A stretch of DNA of 61,929 bases, the filler included, from Platydemus manokwari (lineage: Eukaryota), in NCBI GenBank assembly GCA_037951405.1. It is 5 parts of 5 records of this genome, joined end to end, with 100 filler letters (N's around TTAATTAATTAA, not from the genome) between each part and the next. Parts side by side here need not be neighbours in the genome. Positions count along the whole stretch, not along the records: positions 17,870 to 28,529 come from JBBMOY011115663.1; positions 28,630 to 40,109 come from JBBMOY010654430.1; positions 40,210 to 48,979 come from JBBMOY011352760.1; 2 more parts are not named here. The stretch is one strand, 5' to 3'. The notes below the pieces were generated by a model. The model saw only the letters and a list, made by a program, of their open reading frames with translations, did no database searches and was not told the origin of the DNA. Below, piece by piece: positions 26,261 through 40,386 of this stretch; the stretch's first letter is position 1, and every line of letters starts with the position of its first letter. The position numbers and the translations under genes were made by a program.

Positions 26261-28529
26261 ATAAAAAAAATCAGAAAAAAATTAAAAGTTCAAAAGAACT
26301 TAAAAAATACAAAATATAATTTTTTTTAATAAAACTCGATTTAAATTTGCGTGTTCAAGGGATTCTTAATTACGATATTTTTAACTTAAGCAAGCAGAAA
26401 GCTATTCATATTCTTGTAAATTGCTTATCATTCTACCGGATAATTTTTTATGTAGCCCCAAACTATACATGCTTAATAAAAGTAATCAATTTAAGCATAA
26501 ATTTACCAGTTTTTTTGACTACCTCCCTCTTAAAAGTAGTGATATTCAACAGAACTTTTACAACCGGATAAATATTTTTTATGTGAAACTCGAATTATGA
26601 TGCAGTAAATGTCACCCGTAATTGCAGTAAAATGTGATTCCCTTAAAAAACTGTATTTTTTGAGTACATAAATTTCTTTTGCTTTTACTTAACTCTGATC
26701 TCCTTATAATTAATTGATTCTGTAGTGTGCTTTTCACAAAACATGCATGCATCATGAATTTTAGCGTGCTTATTTTTACCTTAATTTTCACTTTTCTCAT
26801 ATTAGTTGATTTTATAATGAGTTCAAGATTTATGAGATATCAAATAGAATTTACTTACATTAAAAACAAAAATAGGTCAGTGAAAAAGATTTATCTTAAA
26901 ATATTTGTATACCGTCATGATACAAAATAAATATTTAAAAGCTTTAAGGGTTAATTAAAATTTATTAAGAAATTTTAACAAATCTAGGATGATTAGCGAA
27001 TAAAATTGATATATAAAAAAACAACAATACCAATCAGTGGGTGGCAGCGCCACAGTTTAACTCTTTAAAGAAAGGCAAAACAATGAATATTATCATTACC
27101 AGAAATATCAATAATAAAAATGAGCTGTCCAGATATCTAGCAAAATATTATTTTTGGAAATTTTGCGTGGTAAATATACAACGTAAACAATGAAGAATTA
27201 GAGCATAAAATATTAAACGCATGATAAAACATGTATCATTCTATGTCGGTAATTCAATGTCTTTTCGTTATTTTATCCTATTATTGAATAATTACTCGAT
27301 TTATTTTTACTGTGGAGACTTGATAAATCTTTGACATTTTGTATTGATATCGTGGAAATGGTTAGAGAAATAAGGAGGTTATTAGTCACTAGAGAATCAA
27401 GAAAATAATTATCACTGCATTTTGTTTCTGTTGTTATAAATTGTTATAAATTGTTACCATTGATGTATTATTAATAATGACAATTATCAGTAAGACATTG
27501 TTCTAAACTTGGCGAGAACTCCCTTTTTAACTCTTGAAGCAAATTCAGAAATACTCCAAATTTTTATAATTATTTTATAAAATAAGTGATGTTTGATTTT
27601 AAACACGCAAGAAGTTTATCGAGTCGATTTATAATTAGAAAAGAACGAAAATTTACAAAATCAAAAAATCATAAAGAAGTATTGTGATTGGAATAGGATT
27701 TTAGTTTTACATTTGTTCTTTCTCCTTTTTGAACATCCTAAAATGTGTGCTGTCAAATGACCTCCGCGAATTAATAAAAGGTCATAAAATGATTAAACAA
27801 AATGACAGAAATAAAATTAAATAGTTAAAAAAATTTATAGGTGCGATTGTTGGTTTTTATTCTAAAGCCGAAATGTGATGTACCTAAATGTAAAATTTAC
27901 AAGATAAAGAAAAAATTATCATTAGATGTATTGCTTTAAATTTAATTGAAGATTGGTAAGTCCGGGTCAATAATTTATAATCTTTATTAGACGTTCTTGG
28001 ATATCCACAATGCTTTATTCAAATTGTATCATCAATTCCAAAAACCTACAACACTTAATTCATAAAATTTTGATGTAAAATTAAAATCATTTATAAAAAT
28101 GAATTTTTACGAGAAATCCAAGAAAAATATGCATAAAATTAAATTATAAAATTACTTAATACGCGAAAATTCATCATGATTAAAATAGATGATAAGATCT
28201 CTTTTCTAAAACTCAAGTATAATGCAAATTATTGATCGTTAAAAAAATATCCAAAACTCATTTAATATTCCATCATCGATTATTATTGCTATTAGAATTG
28301 TTCTAAAAAATTAAGTGCATCGAACACTTTCTTTTGATCAATTGAAATTATGGATTTTTAATTTGTGAAGTGTAAATGAAAACTGTAGCATTAATATTTG
28401 AATTTGAATGATTGAAAGATCTTTTACACTTAAAATTTAGGCAACTTTCTTTCCATTGAAAAGATCGATACATATGAGAATTTTATCTTATAATTATAAT
28501 GTAGAATCAGAAAGATTTTTCGACTTAAT

Positions 28530-28629
28530 NNNNNNNNNNNNNNNNNNNNNNNNNNNNNNNNNNNNNNNNNNNNTTAATTAATTAANNNNNNNNNNNNNNN
28601 NNNNNNNNNNNNNNNNNNNNNNNNNNNNN
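28530..28629. other. Artificial scaffold spacer
   Basis: Same construct. Confidence 0.97.
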
Positions 28630-28703
28630 AAATCAATTAAAATTATTAAATCTCCACAATGAAGAGATGCATCGATATATTATGCGATCAGTGATTAAAT
28701 TAC

Positions 28704-31700
28704 CTTTGAGCTCTATCGATTTCTTTGTCATATCTGTATTTCAATTGCAACATGACGTGGTGAGGTGATAACCAATCAGATGACAGTAAATTATTAAATC
28801 TCTTCTCATATGATACCAGTTTCCATATGATCATTTGATAATGATTCCTCACCCATTCAATTGATATCAATTTCGGGTCCACGTTTGGAAGTGCCATAAA
28901 TGAACTAGAACAACGAATTAATTAAAAGAGTCATTCTGGTTAGCGTTGTTAAAATAATACTGCTTTTTCTATTCAAATAAATCGCGAGATAAAAAGATAT
29001 TTTTTCCAAAAAATTACACCCGATTTATAAGAAACTAAAAATCCAAATGCCAGAATTGAAAAATTAAAGACAAAGAATCAGTTTCCAATTATCCAGTGGG
29101 GGATTTTAACCCACTGTGATGGTTTAATCCCTCTCTAACATTGGTAATTTATGATAACTCCCAATTGATAAATCATCATTGGTGATAACGTAATAAATAT
29201 GGATTAAACAAGTAGTCAAGCTTGTATAGACAAACAATATTTTAATCTGATATATTGGGGGTTGAGAACAACAATCTTATAACAAATTCATTAAAAAGTA
29301 TCAGTATTGGTCACACTGTCATTCTTGATCAATAGAATTAAAAGAGCTAAAAGATTATCATATTTATCGGAACTTTCTTATATCCAAATCAAATTATCGA
29401 ACCAAAAATTAATGTGAACAGTGTCGATACATTATGTAGAGATGCAATCAAATCTATGATTTAATAATTCTCTCATACAATACTGACGACAACTTGTCTA
29501 TTTGACAATTGTTCACAGATCATTATCAATACAATCTTAAATGTTGTATAAAGCTACCATTTCCAAGATAGTTTTCATCATCTCTCGACAGATAAATAAA
29601 CAATGAATCGATAAATAAGTCCGGAAAATCTAATCTGGGATCAAATTTTAAATCGTTTACAATCAATATCTATGAAAACTATTCAGTATCATACTGGATT
29701 ACAATGATAAGAATAAATCTTATTGGTTATAATAAATCCCTGATAAAATGATTATCTGTTACCATGGTGATGTGTTTCTTGGTAAATTGAATGTTATTGA
29801 GACTTATGAAATATTGATGGAGAGAAACCTTATGGAATGAACAACTGACTCGACCACATGAGAATGATTGATTGGATTCTCAGTTATTGACATATTTAAA
29901 CATTTCAGTTACCCATAAACAATCAATATATGTATATAATCGGGGGAAAAATATTTTTTTCAATAATAACTCTCTTTAAAAGGTGTTCTCGATCATGAAT
30001 AGATGGGTGACGAATTTGATTATAACAGTAATATATTAATTATTATAATAGCAGCAACGATAATAATAATATTATTATTATTATTAATAATAATTATAGT
30101 ATTAATAATATAATTAATTATGTTAATAATAATAACAATAATATTATTAATAATTATAGTAATAGCAATAATAATAATATTAACAATAATAACATTAATA
30201 ATAATAATTACATATGTAAATAATAAATCAATAATAATATTAATAATAATAACAATAATATTATTATTAATAATCATAATAATAGTAATAATAATAATAT
30301 TAATATCAATAATAACATTAATAACAATAATAATAATTATTATTATTACAGTGATATAAATAATAAATCAATAATAATATTATTAATAATTATAGTTATT
30401 GTAATAATAATAACACAAGTAATATTAATAATAATAATCGATTAATAATAATGAAACTCAATGAAACTTACTCAATAAATTGTTGCACACCGACATAACC
30501 ATCATCATCTGGCACCAACATTCCACCATCCCCTACCATGACACACACCATCGATCGATCACAAGCGAATTTCATCTCGAGAATAGACTGGAAATGAAAT
30601 ACATTCGAACAATTATCGGAATGATTTGTGTCGATATGTTTCGGTTTAGTGCCACACAATTTCACCAGATTTTTCAAGGGAAACAATCGATATTTATCCC
30701 GCCGTTTGATCTGCCATAAAAGACCAGCGTTAACGGAAATCGTTGTGTGATTCTTGTTGATGGTTTTTTGCTGAATAACAAGAGAAGCTTCGGCTCGATT
30801 GCTATGTGAACTAGAAGATCAATATTAAACCACTGAATATAATATATAAAGGTTCATTTACTGATTGATATTATTGTCTCTCAATGGAGAAGGATCTCGA
30901 TTTTGTGGAGTCTTCTTGATCGGTGTGCTGCACAACATGACAGTATCGACGTACTGATTGGCAGATTGAGCGGATCGAGTTTTTTGGGATTTATTAACGA
31001 TCGGTGATGGTATGCAATGTGAATCCCTGTTGCTCCCCAATAATTGTATGAAATGATTGGTTGGATCTTGTTTCGATTCAGATATAACCATATTATCCAT
31101 ATCCCATATTTCCGAGCAATCCCATGAGCAACTATCCATCTGTTCGACTTCAGCCATGATTTTATTGGTTTCGATTATGTCAGCATTTGATAAATGTTTC
31201 ATTTGATCATCACAATTGATTATATTGATTGGATCTTGATCTAGATCCACATGATTGGTTATCGATGGATTGATGGCAATATTTGTTGATGTGGAAACAT
31301 GATGATTATCAACAGCAGGAATGATCTGATTGGCTATTGAATGAGCTGGTCCCGATTTATTGATATCATCGATTGATGTACCCATCATTCCATATTCAAT
31401 ATCATTCAATTCTTCTTGCAAATCATTCTTTTTCAAATCATTATCAATACCATCGAAGATCATTTTTGCTTTTCTTTTGGCCATATCAGATATCGGTGCA
31501 ATGCGACCACTAGCCAACTGAAATCCCTTATTTAAATTGGGTCTCTCCAACTTGTCCTCAACTGCAATCGCTTCAAAAATATCATCAACCTTATCTTTCT
31601 GTTTGGAATCTGTTTTTCTAATCTCATTATCAATACTATCGAAGACGTTTTCGGTTTTTTCCTTACCTGGCTCTGAAATGAGTACATTGGAGCCACTAGC

Positions 31701-33013
31701 CAATTTCAGTCCTTCATTCGAGTTAGAGATGGAATCAATCTCATTCAATTTGCCACCCAACTTATCGTTCAACACTCCCATCTTTACATAATCATCATTA
31801 TCCAATTCCTTTCCTTTTAAATCAATCTTTTTGATATCAGTATTAATACTCTCAACCATCTTTTTCGCTTTACTTTCAGCAACCTCAGACATTGGAACAT
31901 TAGGACCGGCAACAAATTTAGAACCCATGGTGAATGAAGAGACAGAACTATGTTTCTCCAACTTGTTGTCTCTATTGGACAAACCTAGCCCGGAACAATC
32001 ATTCTCATTTAAATCTTGTAAATTTTTCTTTTTAATCTCATTATCAATACCTTCGAAGATCCTTATTGCTTTCTTTTCCGCAGTTTCTGAAGTCAAAATA
32101 TTGCGCCCAGCAGCTGTTTGAAATCCTACACCTAAATTTTCATTATTAATTTTAGTTTTATCACATTCATTCGGGGAATTATCGATTTCGAGGAACCATT
32201 CGTCTTTAAATCCATCGTTTCCATTGATCACATGATCAGCACGAAATTTATCTTTGACAATATTTTCCTCAATATTTTCAAAATGTTCTCCAGATTTTGT
32301 TTCTGGATATTTTAACGTTGAGATGTTTTCGGTATCTGATTTAATACTCTTAATAGATGGCAAGTTTTCTTTATTTGAAACAACTTTAGTGTATTGATTG
32401 CATAATTCTATAATTTCTTCACTGTCCTCAAAGCTATCATTAAATTCTCCCATATCATCAGTACAAATTACGGAATTGAGTTCCGAAAGTATTTTTAAAT
32501 TACCACCTTCCAATTCATTATCCAATTTTAAATTAACATCACTTTTTAAATATTCAATATTATTTATTGGCAATTTTGTTTTTAAAACTTCTGAATTTGC
32601 TTTCAAAAGTTGTTCAGTATTTGAAATTAAAAACTCAATATTTTGTCCATCATTAATGGGATTCCAGCAATTTATCATTGGATTTTGAGTATCATTAATC
32701 TCATTTTGAATATCTTCCTTGGATGGATAGATAAATTTCTTGTAGTTAAATTGATAATTTAATATAGATAAATTTTCACACTTTTTACTTAAATTATTTC
32801 TCATACAATCAATTTCGGTTTGCTTTTCAGTTGATTCAAAGATATTAGCAAGAACCTGTGCCATATCATTGTTACAAGAGTCCTATATTACAAATTATTA
32901 ACTTTATAATTATTATATATTAAGCTAAATTAAGTTGAATTTATTTAATAGCTAAATGTAAAAAAATATTTAAAAATTACATTGCTTACAGTTACATTTT
33001 CATTATTATCCAT
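28704..33013 (-). CDS. BRCA2: BRCA2 homolog, 5' part (BRC repeats and helical domain); 3' exons lost at the assembly gap
   Basis: Probable start exon 33013-32981. Large exon about 32883-30861 carries BRC repeats (GFQTAAGRNILTSETAEKKAIRIF; GFQLASGRIAPISDMAKRKAKMIF). Exon about 30811-30471 has GDGGMLVPDDDGYVG. Exon about 28905-28704 has PNVDPKLISIEWVRNHYQMIIWKL...LSPHHVMLQLKYRYDKEIDR, the BRCA2 helical-domain signature. Confidence 0.93.
30020..30450. repeat. Degenerate (AAT)n microsatellite in a BRCA2 intron
   Basis: Directly visible aat/att triplets. Confidence 0.95.
31443..32126 (-). repeat. Four tandem BRC repeat units (about 200 nt period) inside BRCA2
   Basis: Units start near 32126, 31930 (degenerate), 31712 and 31526. 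Similarity is visible in DNA, e.g. ttatcaataccttcgaagat (32041) versus ttatcaataccatcgaagat (31441). Confidence 0.85.
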
Positions 33014-36000
33014 TTTATGTAATTAAATTTTGTAGATTTTTATACTATTAATTTTAGCAAAAATATTTATCTTTGAATGAAAATATAATTCAAAAATTTT
33101 AAGTAAATTATTTTGAATTAAATTCGCATAAAGTTATTATTAAAACAAAATGCTTGGAATATAGCTTACAATCAAATTTTATAATCTAAAGTAGCAATTA
33201 AGTATAAAACAAGGACAAAATAAATAAAAATACCTAATAAATAATTATTTTAAGATATTTTAAATATCTCAAACAAGTTTTAATTGAGGATTTTAACTCC
33301 ATGATTTAGAAAGTTTGTATTGCTGCAAATTAATACGGGCAATTGATAACCAAAAAATTTAATCTTAGATCCGATTTGTTGAAGTTCTGTTAATTGGTTA
33401 ATTTTTAAAAAGTAGCAACATCGAAATCACAGACTAAGCCCATGAATTAAATTTCAACGCAAATAAGACTCAGCAAAATGTCAACTTGTGTATTATTGTT
33501 TCGTGAATTATTTATTGTTTTCTTCAGTTTTGATATTATGTAGAATCATGTATTTCTTTTTACTATATAATTGTGTATTGGTAGCTTCAAGTTTTTATGC
33601 GTCCATGAAATCGTGTGAAGATCAGAATAAGAAACTAAAATGAGTCTCTATCAATACAAATCCGATAACATTGAAAATTCCCACAAATTCAAATAGCTGA
33701 TGAAAATTTTACACACAAACACCAGGATAAATAAAAAATACTTGACATAAAATGATACAAATTTGCCCACAAATCCACCCCTTTTATCGGAGATAATTTT
33801 TAAAGCATTTTGAGATTATTATTAAAGAGATAATAAATTATTATGGTTATACGTGATATATTTAAATTGTTTAGTTACCCTGGGGGTATTCAGTCACACA
33901 CAAGCAGACAATGTTATTGGAAAATTATTAAAAATATCAAATAGTTCTTCGTTTAATTAATTTGTGGCATGAATTGTCTCTCCTACCACAAGAAATTGTA
34001 TGAATAGATTGAAAGAAAAAAAATTCCCAACAACAATCAACACTATAATCAGATTGCTCATAAATATTTTTGAAAACCTCACTGAATATCAAAATTTAAT
34101 CATCACTAAAGCAATTATCAAAGTAATATCTTTAAACTTCAACTAAATTGTAAGCCAAGATAGGTGCTGGAATATCAATAATATTTTCATTTTACCACTG
34201 GGATTGTTCTGGGTGAGAATTAGAGAATTTTACTGACATTAGGGAATAAAATTTGATTTAGGTTAAATTAGAATTTTGAGCTGGTAAAGATATTGTGATG
34301 TTTTTAGAAGTTATACTGAGTTGGTATTGAATGAACTATTAAGATAAATTTGAAGATCATTGGGTTTTTTTTATACTGAAATAAGTTTTATTAATTTTGG
34401 AGGAATAGTTTTATTTTATGACAATTTCATGTAGATTTGTAAATAAATTTTATATAGATGAAAATTATGTGAACTTAATCGTATTAAAATATATTCGCGA
34501 CAGTGGTTGTATTGGAAGGAATAGGATAAATATGATTATAATTAAAAATCAAATTACTCATTTGAAGTTCCATTAGCTTGTGGCTAATTTTACAAACCTA
34601 TAATATAACAGATTAATCAAAACATATCCTCTGATGTAAGTTATCATTTGTATTAAGCAGTAATCCAAAAAAAAAACAATAAGAACCAAGATTTCTTATC
34701 TAAGTAGCCACGATACTCAGTGCGTTTTCAACTTCAACAAACAGATACAACAAAGTCACAAGAAACCAAAAATTCATGACCACCTCAATATTTATTCGTT
34801 CCTGTCGAACCATTAACTGACAAAACATGATTTTGGAATTTATTATCTGCAATCTTGACCATTAAGAACTTTTTAAAATGTTTGCTTATAGAAGTAGAGT
34901 TTTTACATATTATAAGAAAACTGTTGTAAAAATTTTCTTCGTATCAAAGATGTGATTTTTAATTATTAATACTATTGAAATGATTTTTGTTATGATAAAT
35001 TTGTTTTCATTATGGATATGTAAAGCAATTTTTCTGTCTAAACGGTGACAGGGATGGAATGATCAACTGAGAAAGTTAAATAAACAATAGAGAGTAAATA
35101 TCAGGTAAAAAAATAAAGAATAAATCCATACAATGGTTAGTGGAAGCAAATAATAAAAGTTCAAAACAATACTATAAAATAGATGATAACAACACAAGAT
35201 TTATTAAATGAAAAACATTTAACAATCAGATAGAACAATAAACCGAATTGAAATTTAATAATATTAAATGAACCGCAAATAATTAGCGGTATAAATATTA
35301 GAATTAAAATGGTATGTCGCCAGCACAAAAACTAAAAGTTGGAATCAATCAGTTACTATTAGAGCCACGTTATTTAATACCAATATTAGTCAATTCACAA
35401 TTTTAAATTAAAGTCAAGAAAGTAGACAAATATTTGTTAAAATTACTTGCAGAAGTGGCAGTTGTTTTTATTCAGAAGCATTTAGTTAATTAATTTTTAT
35501 TCAACAAGAACTATTTCCAGCACATTATATTAGGAAAAGTAAATGCAACGGATATATAAACCTGAACAAATTATTAACCAAAACACACGGAATATAGCCA
35601 TAATTTGAACACAAATTTCTTATTGCCGAGAGATATTATTTACGTTAATATTTTAAATGTTATTCATAATTAAATACAAGTTAACAATTATATTAATGAC
35701 GTTAATTTGGATATATTAATTTCACGATTGCTATTCCCTTTACCATTTAAAGATGATCACATCGGTTATCAATCATTTCCATTAGCCGAATAAGTTTTTG
35801 GTTGTTGTCCATTATCGCTTATTCAGAATAATATCTTTCGATTGTTGAATTTCTTAATTCATTTTGTTAATGTTATTCGAAGTTATTGAATGATCACAAT
35901 CATCTTACATTAGAAATTGATTATAATATATAAGAAGCTAACAGCTCCTTACTCACCAGTTGACTTTTCGTCACAATAATTTTAAATACTCGAAGCAGCC

Positions 36001-37276
36001 TTTATACTAAATTGGAAATCATACGGAGATAAATTATTGATCACGTTTTATACTGAACTAAATCTATCTAATAAGTTTCATTCACAGTAACTTTATAATT
36101 CAAGCTTAAACTTGAAGTTTAAACATATTAATTCGATTTTTAAACCAATTTTATCTGTCATTGTTCTGACAAGTAACTGAAAAAAGGCCAAAAACATAAA
36201 ACCTTCGATTTGTTTTATATAAATAGAATCAAAAACCATTATACACATTTATAATCTAAATTAATTACTTTTATTATTTGCGTAAAATCTCCAAAAATTC
36301 AATTAATTATTTCAAAAATAAATAAAAGCTGTTAGTATTCGAATAAAATAAGAAAAAATGAGTTTTTTGCATGGATATCTCCGCAAAATTGATAGAAAAT
36401 GCAACGAAGCAAGTTAATTAAACAAGTAAGCAACGAAGTTTTATTTGGTCCATATGATCGAGATTTATGTTGAGCTCTCGATTTAATTTTATCAATACTC
36501 ATTTATGTGAATTGCAGTAGTAAATCAATTTCTTGGTTGTCAATATATTTTTTCCTTGTGATAAAAAATAATTTCACATGGATGTAAATAAATTTCCTTA
36601 TTTAATAAAATTAATGTTTCGGGTTTATTTTAATGAAGTAGATAAATAAAGCTTCAATTCGAAAGGTAAAATTTGGTTTAAAGCGTATTCATAAAAATTT
36701 ATTTATGGAATTACATGAGAATGTATTTATCTTATTGAATAATAACATGTAGGTTTTTAAAATAACATTTGACGACAAAATAGAATACCAACCACCGATC
36801 TATAATTTTTCTGAGTCACCACAAGCTATTAATGAAATATTGTTAATTCTTCGACATTAATTCTGAATTCAAAAGAATATAAATAATATTTGAAAACATA
36901 ACGTGTTTTATTATTCAAAAGTTGTTATGAGAAAACATTAAAATATATGTACTGATGAAATTCGAATGAAACAGGAAACAGACGTTGTTAATATAAAATT
37001 CATAAAAGCACTTTTATAATTCATTTACATAGATAGGAAGTGTTTCGTTGACGTAAAAATCTATCGATTGAAGTATCATCTTTCTATGAAAATCTTCGTT
37101 TATTTTAATAAATGAAAATTAATTGTTCGTGAAAAGCAGTAATACTAACAACGAAAATGAAAATTAGATATGAATCTTCACCTGATAAATTATAATTTAG
37201 GAAATGTGAGATATAAATATATACACTGGGTGTGTAACAACAACAAATAAGATAATTATAAAAATCTTGAAATAAC

Positions 37277-38108
37277 TATTAGGATCCGAATCCATTCCAT
37301 AATGAGTCACAAGCACATGTTACGCCCACAAACATAATCATATATTTTAAATCCCAAAAATAAATCAAATCCTATAAATAGAATTTATTAATTCCAAAAA
37401 TAGATCAGAAAATAAAAATAGGAATTTAAAATCCCAAAAATAGAAAAATCGTGATTGGCCACAGTTATAACGAGAATTAGTATAAAAGCAGCCGGAGAAA
37501 CAGAACAAATCACCAAAAAGTTAACTAAACATTATCAGATTAAAGCAATTAGCTAACAGGAAACTACGAGCAACGAGAAAAGTTAATTGGTGACGAGACA
37601 AGCATAGTCATCTCCGTAAAAAGCCAACCGATTTAAGCAGCGAGGTACAAAGTGACTTTTTGATTGATTTTCATATCGTATCGATAGATTCGGCATCAAC
37701 TAAATATCTCTTAGTTTTTATCCCATTTTTAATAGTTTTATTTCATTGTACGGTTCACCTGTATCTTGTCTTCTGGTTAAGCAAGCCGCGCTTCGCCAGT
37801 TCTTTGTTTACACAATCTTAATAATTCGATTGCTATTTACTTTGTAGATTGTATTGATTCATAATTATATTTTAGTATCACTGCGTTATTGTTATTTATT
37901 GTCTTATTATTATTATTTATATTTAAATTCATCTACTTCTAAGGAACGCAGCCAATCATTAGAAGTCTGGTTGGCACCACAAACTAGCACATTAAAAATA
38001 ACAAGCAACACCAAAACCAATAATACGATAGAAACCAATATAACTCAGAAAATATTCGATATACACAAAATTGATACGCTTACACGTCATTCAAGTGCCT
38101 CCTAAATA
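37277..38108. mobile_element. Solo LTR-like repeat, family A copy 2
   Basis: TATTAGGATCCGAA...TCCTAAATA with inverted termini. Collinear shared blocks with 23075-23680. Confidence 0.7.
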
Positions 38109-38109
38109 G

Positions 38110-38540
38110 CAATTCATAAATAGAATTCAATCATCAATTGAATAGATAAGAAACATCAGGATACGTCTATGGCATTTGAGTTAGATTAGAATTTACTAAC
38201 AAATCAGTATTTAATACTGTTTCAGCAAATAGGAAAGTTTAAGCCAACATGTAAACAGACATAGTAGATGTTTAAGAGTGTCAGATCTGAGAAGTCTGTC
38301 AGTCTTTCTTGGTAATTTTAGTTTGTCTTATTCTTTGAGTGATTATTTTAATGACCAATGTCTTATAGTAGTTTTTCCTGTTAAAAATCTTTTATTTCGG
38401 TTGCTGAACCCATTGTGAATTGATTATTGATATCGTGAGTGCGCTTTTAGATCCTGATTCTTTGACAATTTGATTTTGAGTGTAAAATTGAGATTGATAA
38501 TTAAGATTGTTTATTACCTATTATTACCTTGTCTAACTGA
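38110..38540 (-). mobile_element. LTR-like repeat fragment, family B, inverted
   Basis: Reverse complement contains accaagaaagactgacagac, resembling 58721 accaaaaagactggcagat and 51166 actaaaaagactgccaaat. Confidence 0.4.
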
Positions 38541-40109
38541 CCTACTTCATTTTCATAGATAATAATGTTTTTCTATTAATATTTATAGAAACGATAAATA
38601 GCTATTGTTAGCAGCTATTATCATAAACTAAAAAACGAATTGAAAAGTCAAGAAACAAAAATCTATTTAAATAGGAATATTTAAACAAATAAAATTAATT
38701 TTATTTAAATATGATTTTATGTAAAAATAGAATTAAATTCGAATTAAAAATTTAATTCATTTAACGTGAATTTAAAATCTTTGATTTTGTTAATTGTCTC
38801 TGTATCGAATACTCTACATATTTCATTACACGAAAACTCCTATCTTTTAATATCTTCTTTTACGTCTCATTTATATCTTCATTTATATCATCTTTTGTAT
38901 CTCCTTTACATCTTCTTTTATATCCCCTTTTTAATCTCTTCTACAACTTCTTCATATGGCTCAACATAGTCTCAGTATCTTCCTTCTTCATTTTCTATAA
39001 TTTTCGGCGATTGATCTTTTTTCAATCGAATCCAGATGCGATATTAATTTTATATAGATATGATTTTATATAAAATAAGAATTGAATTTGAATTAAAAAT
39101 TTAATTTCTTTAAATTATCTCACAGTTGTCGGTCATAAAAATCACAGTATCAATTATAATTGAAATTGAATGCTGAATCAGTCTTATAAAAATTCGTAAT
39201 AAATTTCGTTTACTGAGTAGTCATTTGTGACACTTCCTAATGATATACTTAAAAATGAAACAACATTCTTCAAATATTTTCCTTTCTTTTTTTTCATATC
39301 AATAAAGTAAAATATTTGAATCGCTTTAAACAGGAATTTTGATCCAAATTGATTTCAATATTTAATGAAATTTTGCAAAACAAAGTTTATCTTTTATTTG
39401 AAAAAAACTTGAATTATTATTTGAATTAATATTATATCAGAATCAACTGTTCTCGTTGATTCTATGTAACTGGCATAACAGATATACTTCAAATTACAAA
39501 ATTAGACCTATTTGTCGTTGGTTTTCTTTATATATCGATACTAAATACTTCATTAAAAATAATATTTTATTTGGTAAATCAAATTTTCTTATTCTTTTTC
39601 TTTTATTATTATTTTGGAGCATTATCACTACCAGTTTATGATTATTCTTTATATGTATACAATCAATTGGAACATGTAGAGTAATAACGCAATGTCAATC
39701 TAATATAAATAAGATCATTATTTTTGGTTTGATATTCTAAAGGAAATAGCTTAAATAAAAGTCCAACTCTATCCAACTGATCAAATACGTAATTCGATTC
39801 ATAATTTGCATTCATAATGCATATTATGCGATGACAAGCTAAATTAAATTATGGACTTAGTCAAACAAAGGTTGAAAGTGCTTTGCAATGGTTTCATTCA
39901 TTAATTTTATCTGATAATATTTCTTATTATTTAAATTTATTTCATATTCTTTCGATAAAATAAATGTTAGATTTCAATTTATTCATTTGAGATAAAAATA
40001 AAATAATGATTTTTGAAAATTTTTTTCTACAAAATTCTAAAATTACTTATCATTTTAAATTTAGAGATGTACTGGAAAGTATTGATTATTATTAATACTG
40101 ACTTGGAAC

Positions 40110-40209
40110 NNNNNNNNNNNNNNNNNNNNNNNNNNNNNNNNNNNNNNNNNNNNTTAATTAATTAANNNNNNNNNNNNNNNNNNNNNNNNNNNNNNNNNNN
40201 NNNNNNNNN
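40110..40209. other. Artificial scaffold spacer
   Basis: Same construct. Confidence 0.97.
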
Positions 40210-40220
40210 CCTGGATAGAC

Positions 40221-40222
<2 letters not shown>

Positions 40223-40277
<55 letters not shown>

Positions 40278-40386
40278 ATGTATTATTATTATTATCAATA
40301 TTATTATCTTTATTATTATTGTTAATGTTACTACTATTATTATCACCATTATTATTATTACTATTATTATTATGTTATTATTATTA
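40223..40386. repeat. (ATT)n microsatellite at a contig edge
   Basis: Near-perfect att run followed by a degenerate tail. Confidence 0.95.

Noticed and set aside
30020-30359. Poly-Ile/Asn ORFs (also 40158-40349)
   Set aside because: These are translations of AAT microsatellites.
30480-30719. Plus-strand ORF ending FIPPF, resembling the BRCA2 PhePP motif
   Set aside because: It is antisense to the real BRCA2 exon, so the match is coincidental. Other antisense shadow ORFs over ATRX and BRCA2 were dismissed likewise.
5013-33013. ATRX-TMED10-BRCA2 as a co-oriented genome-maintenance cluster or operon
   Set aside because: The three genes sit on different contigs joined by artificial spacers and separated by TEs, so adjacency is unverified.
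36952-36995. Minimal hammerhead-like CTGATGA-AATTCGAAT-GAAAC
   Set aside because: Core boxes are present but stems I and III do not pair convincingly. A similar partial match at about 13765-13815 lacks stem II.
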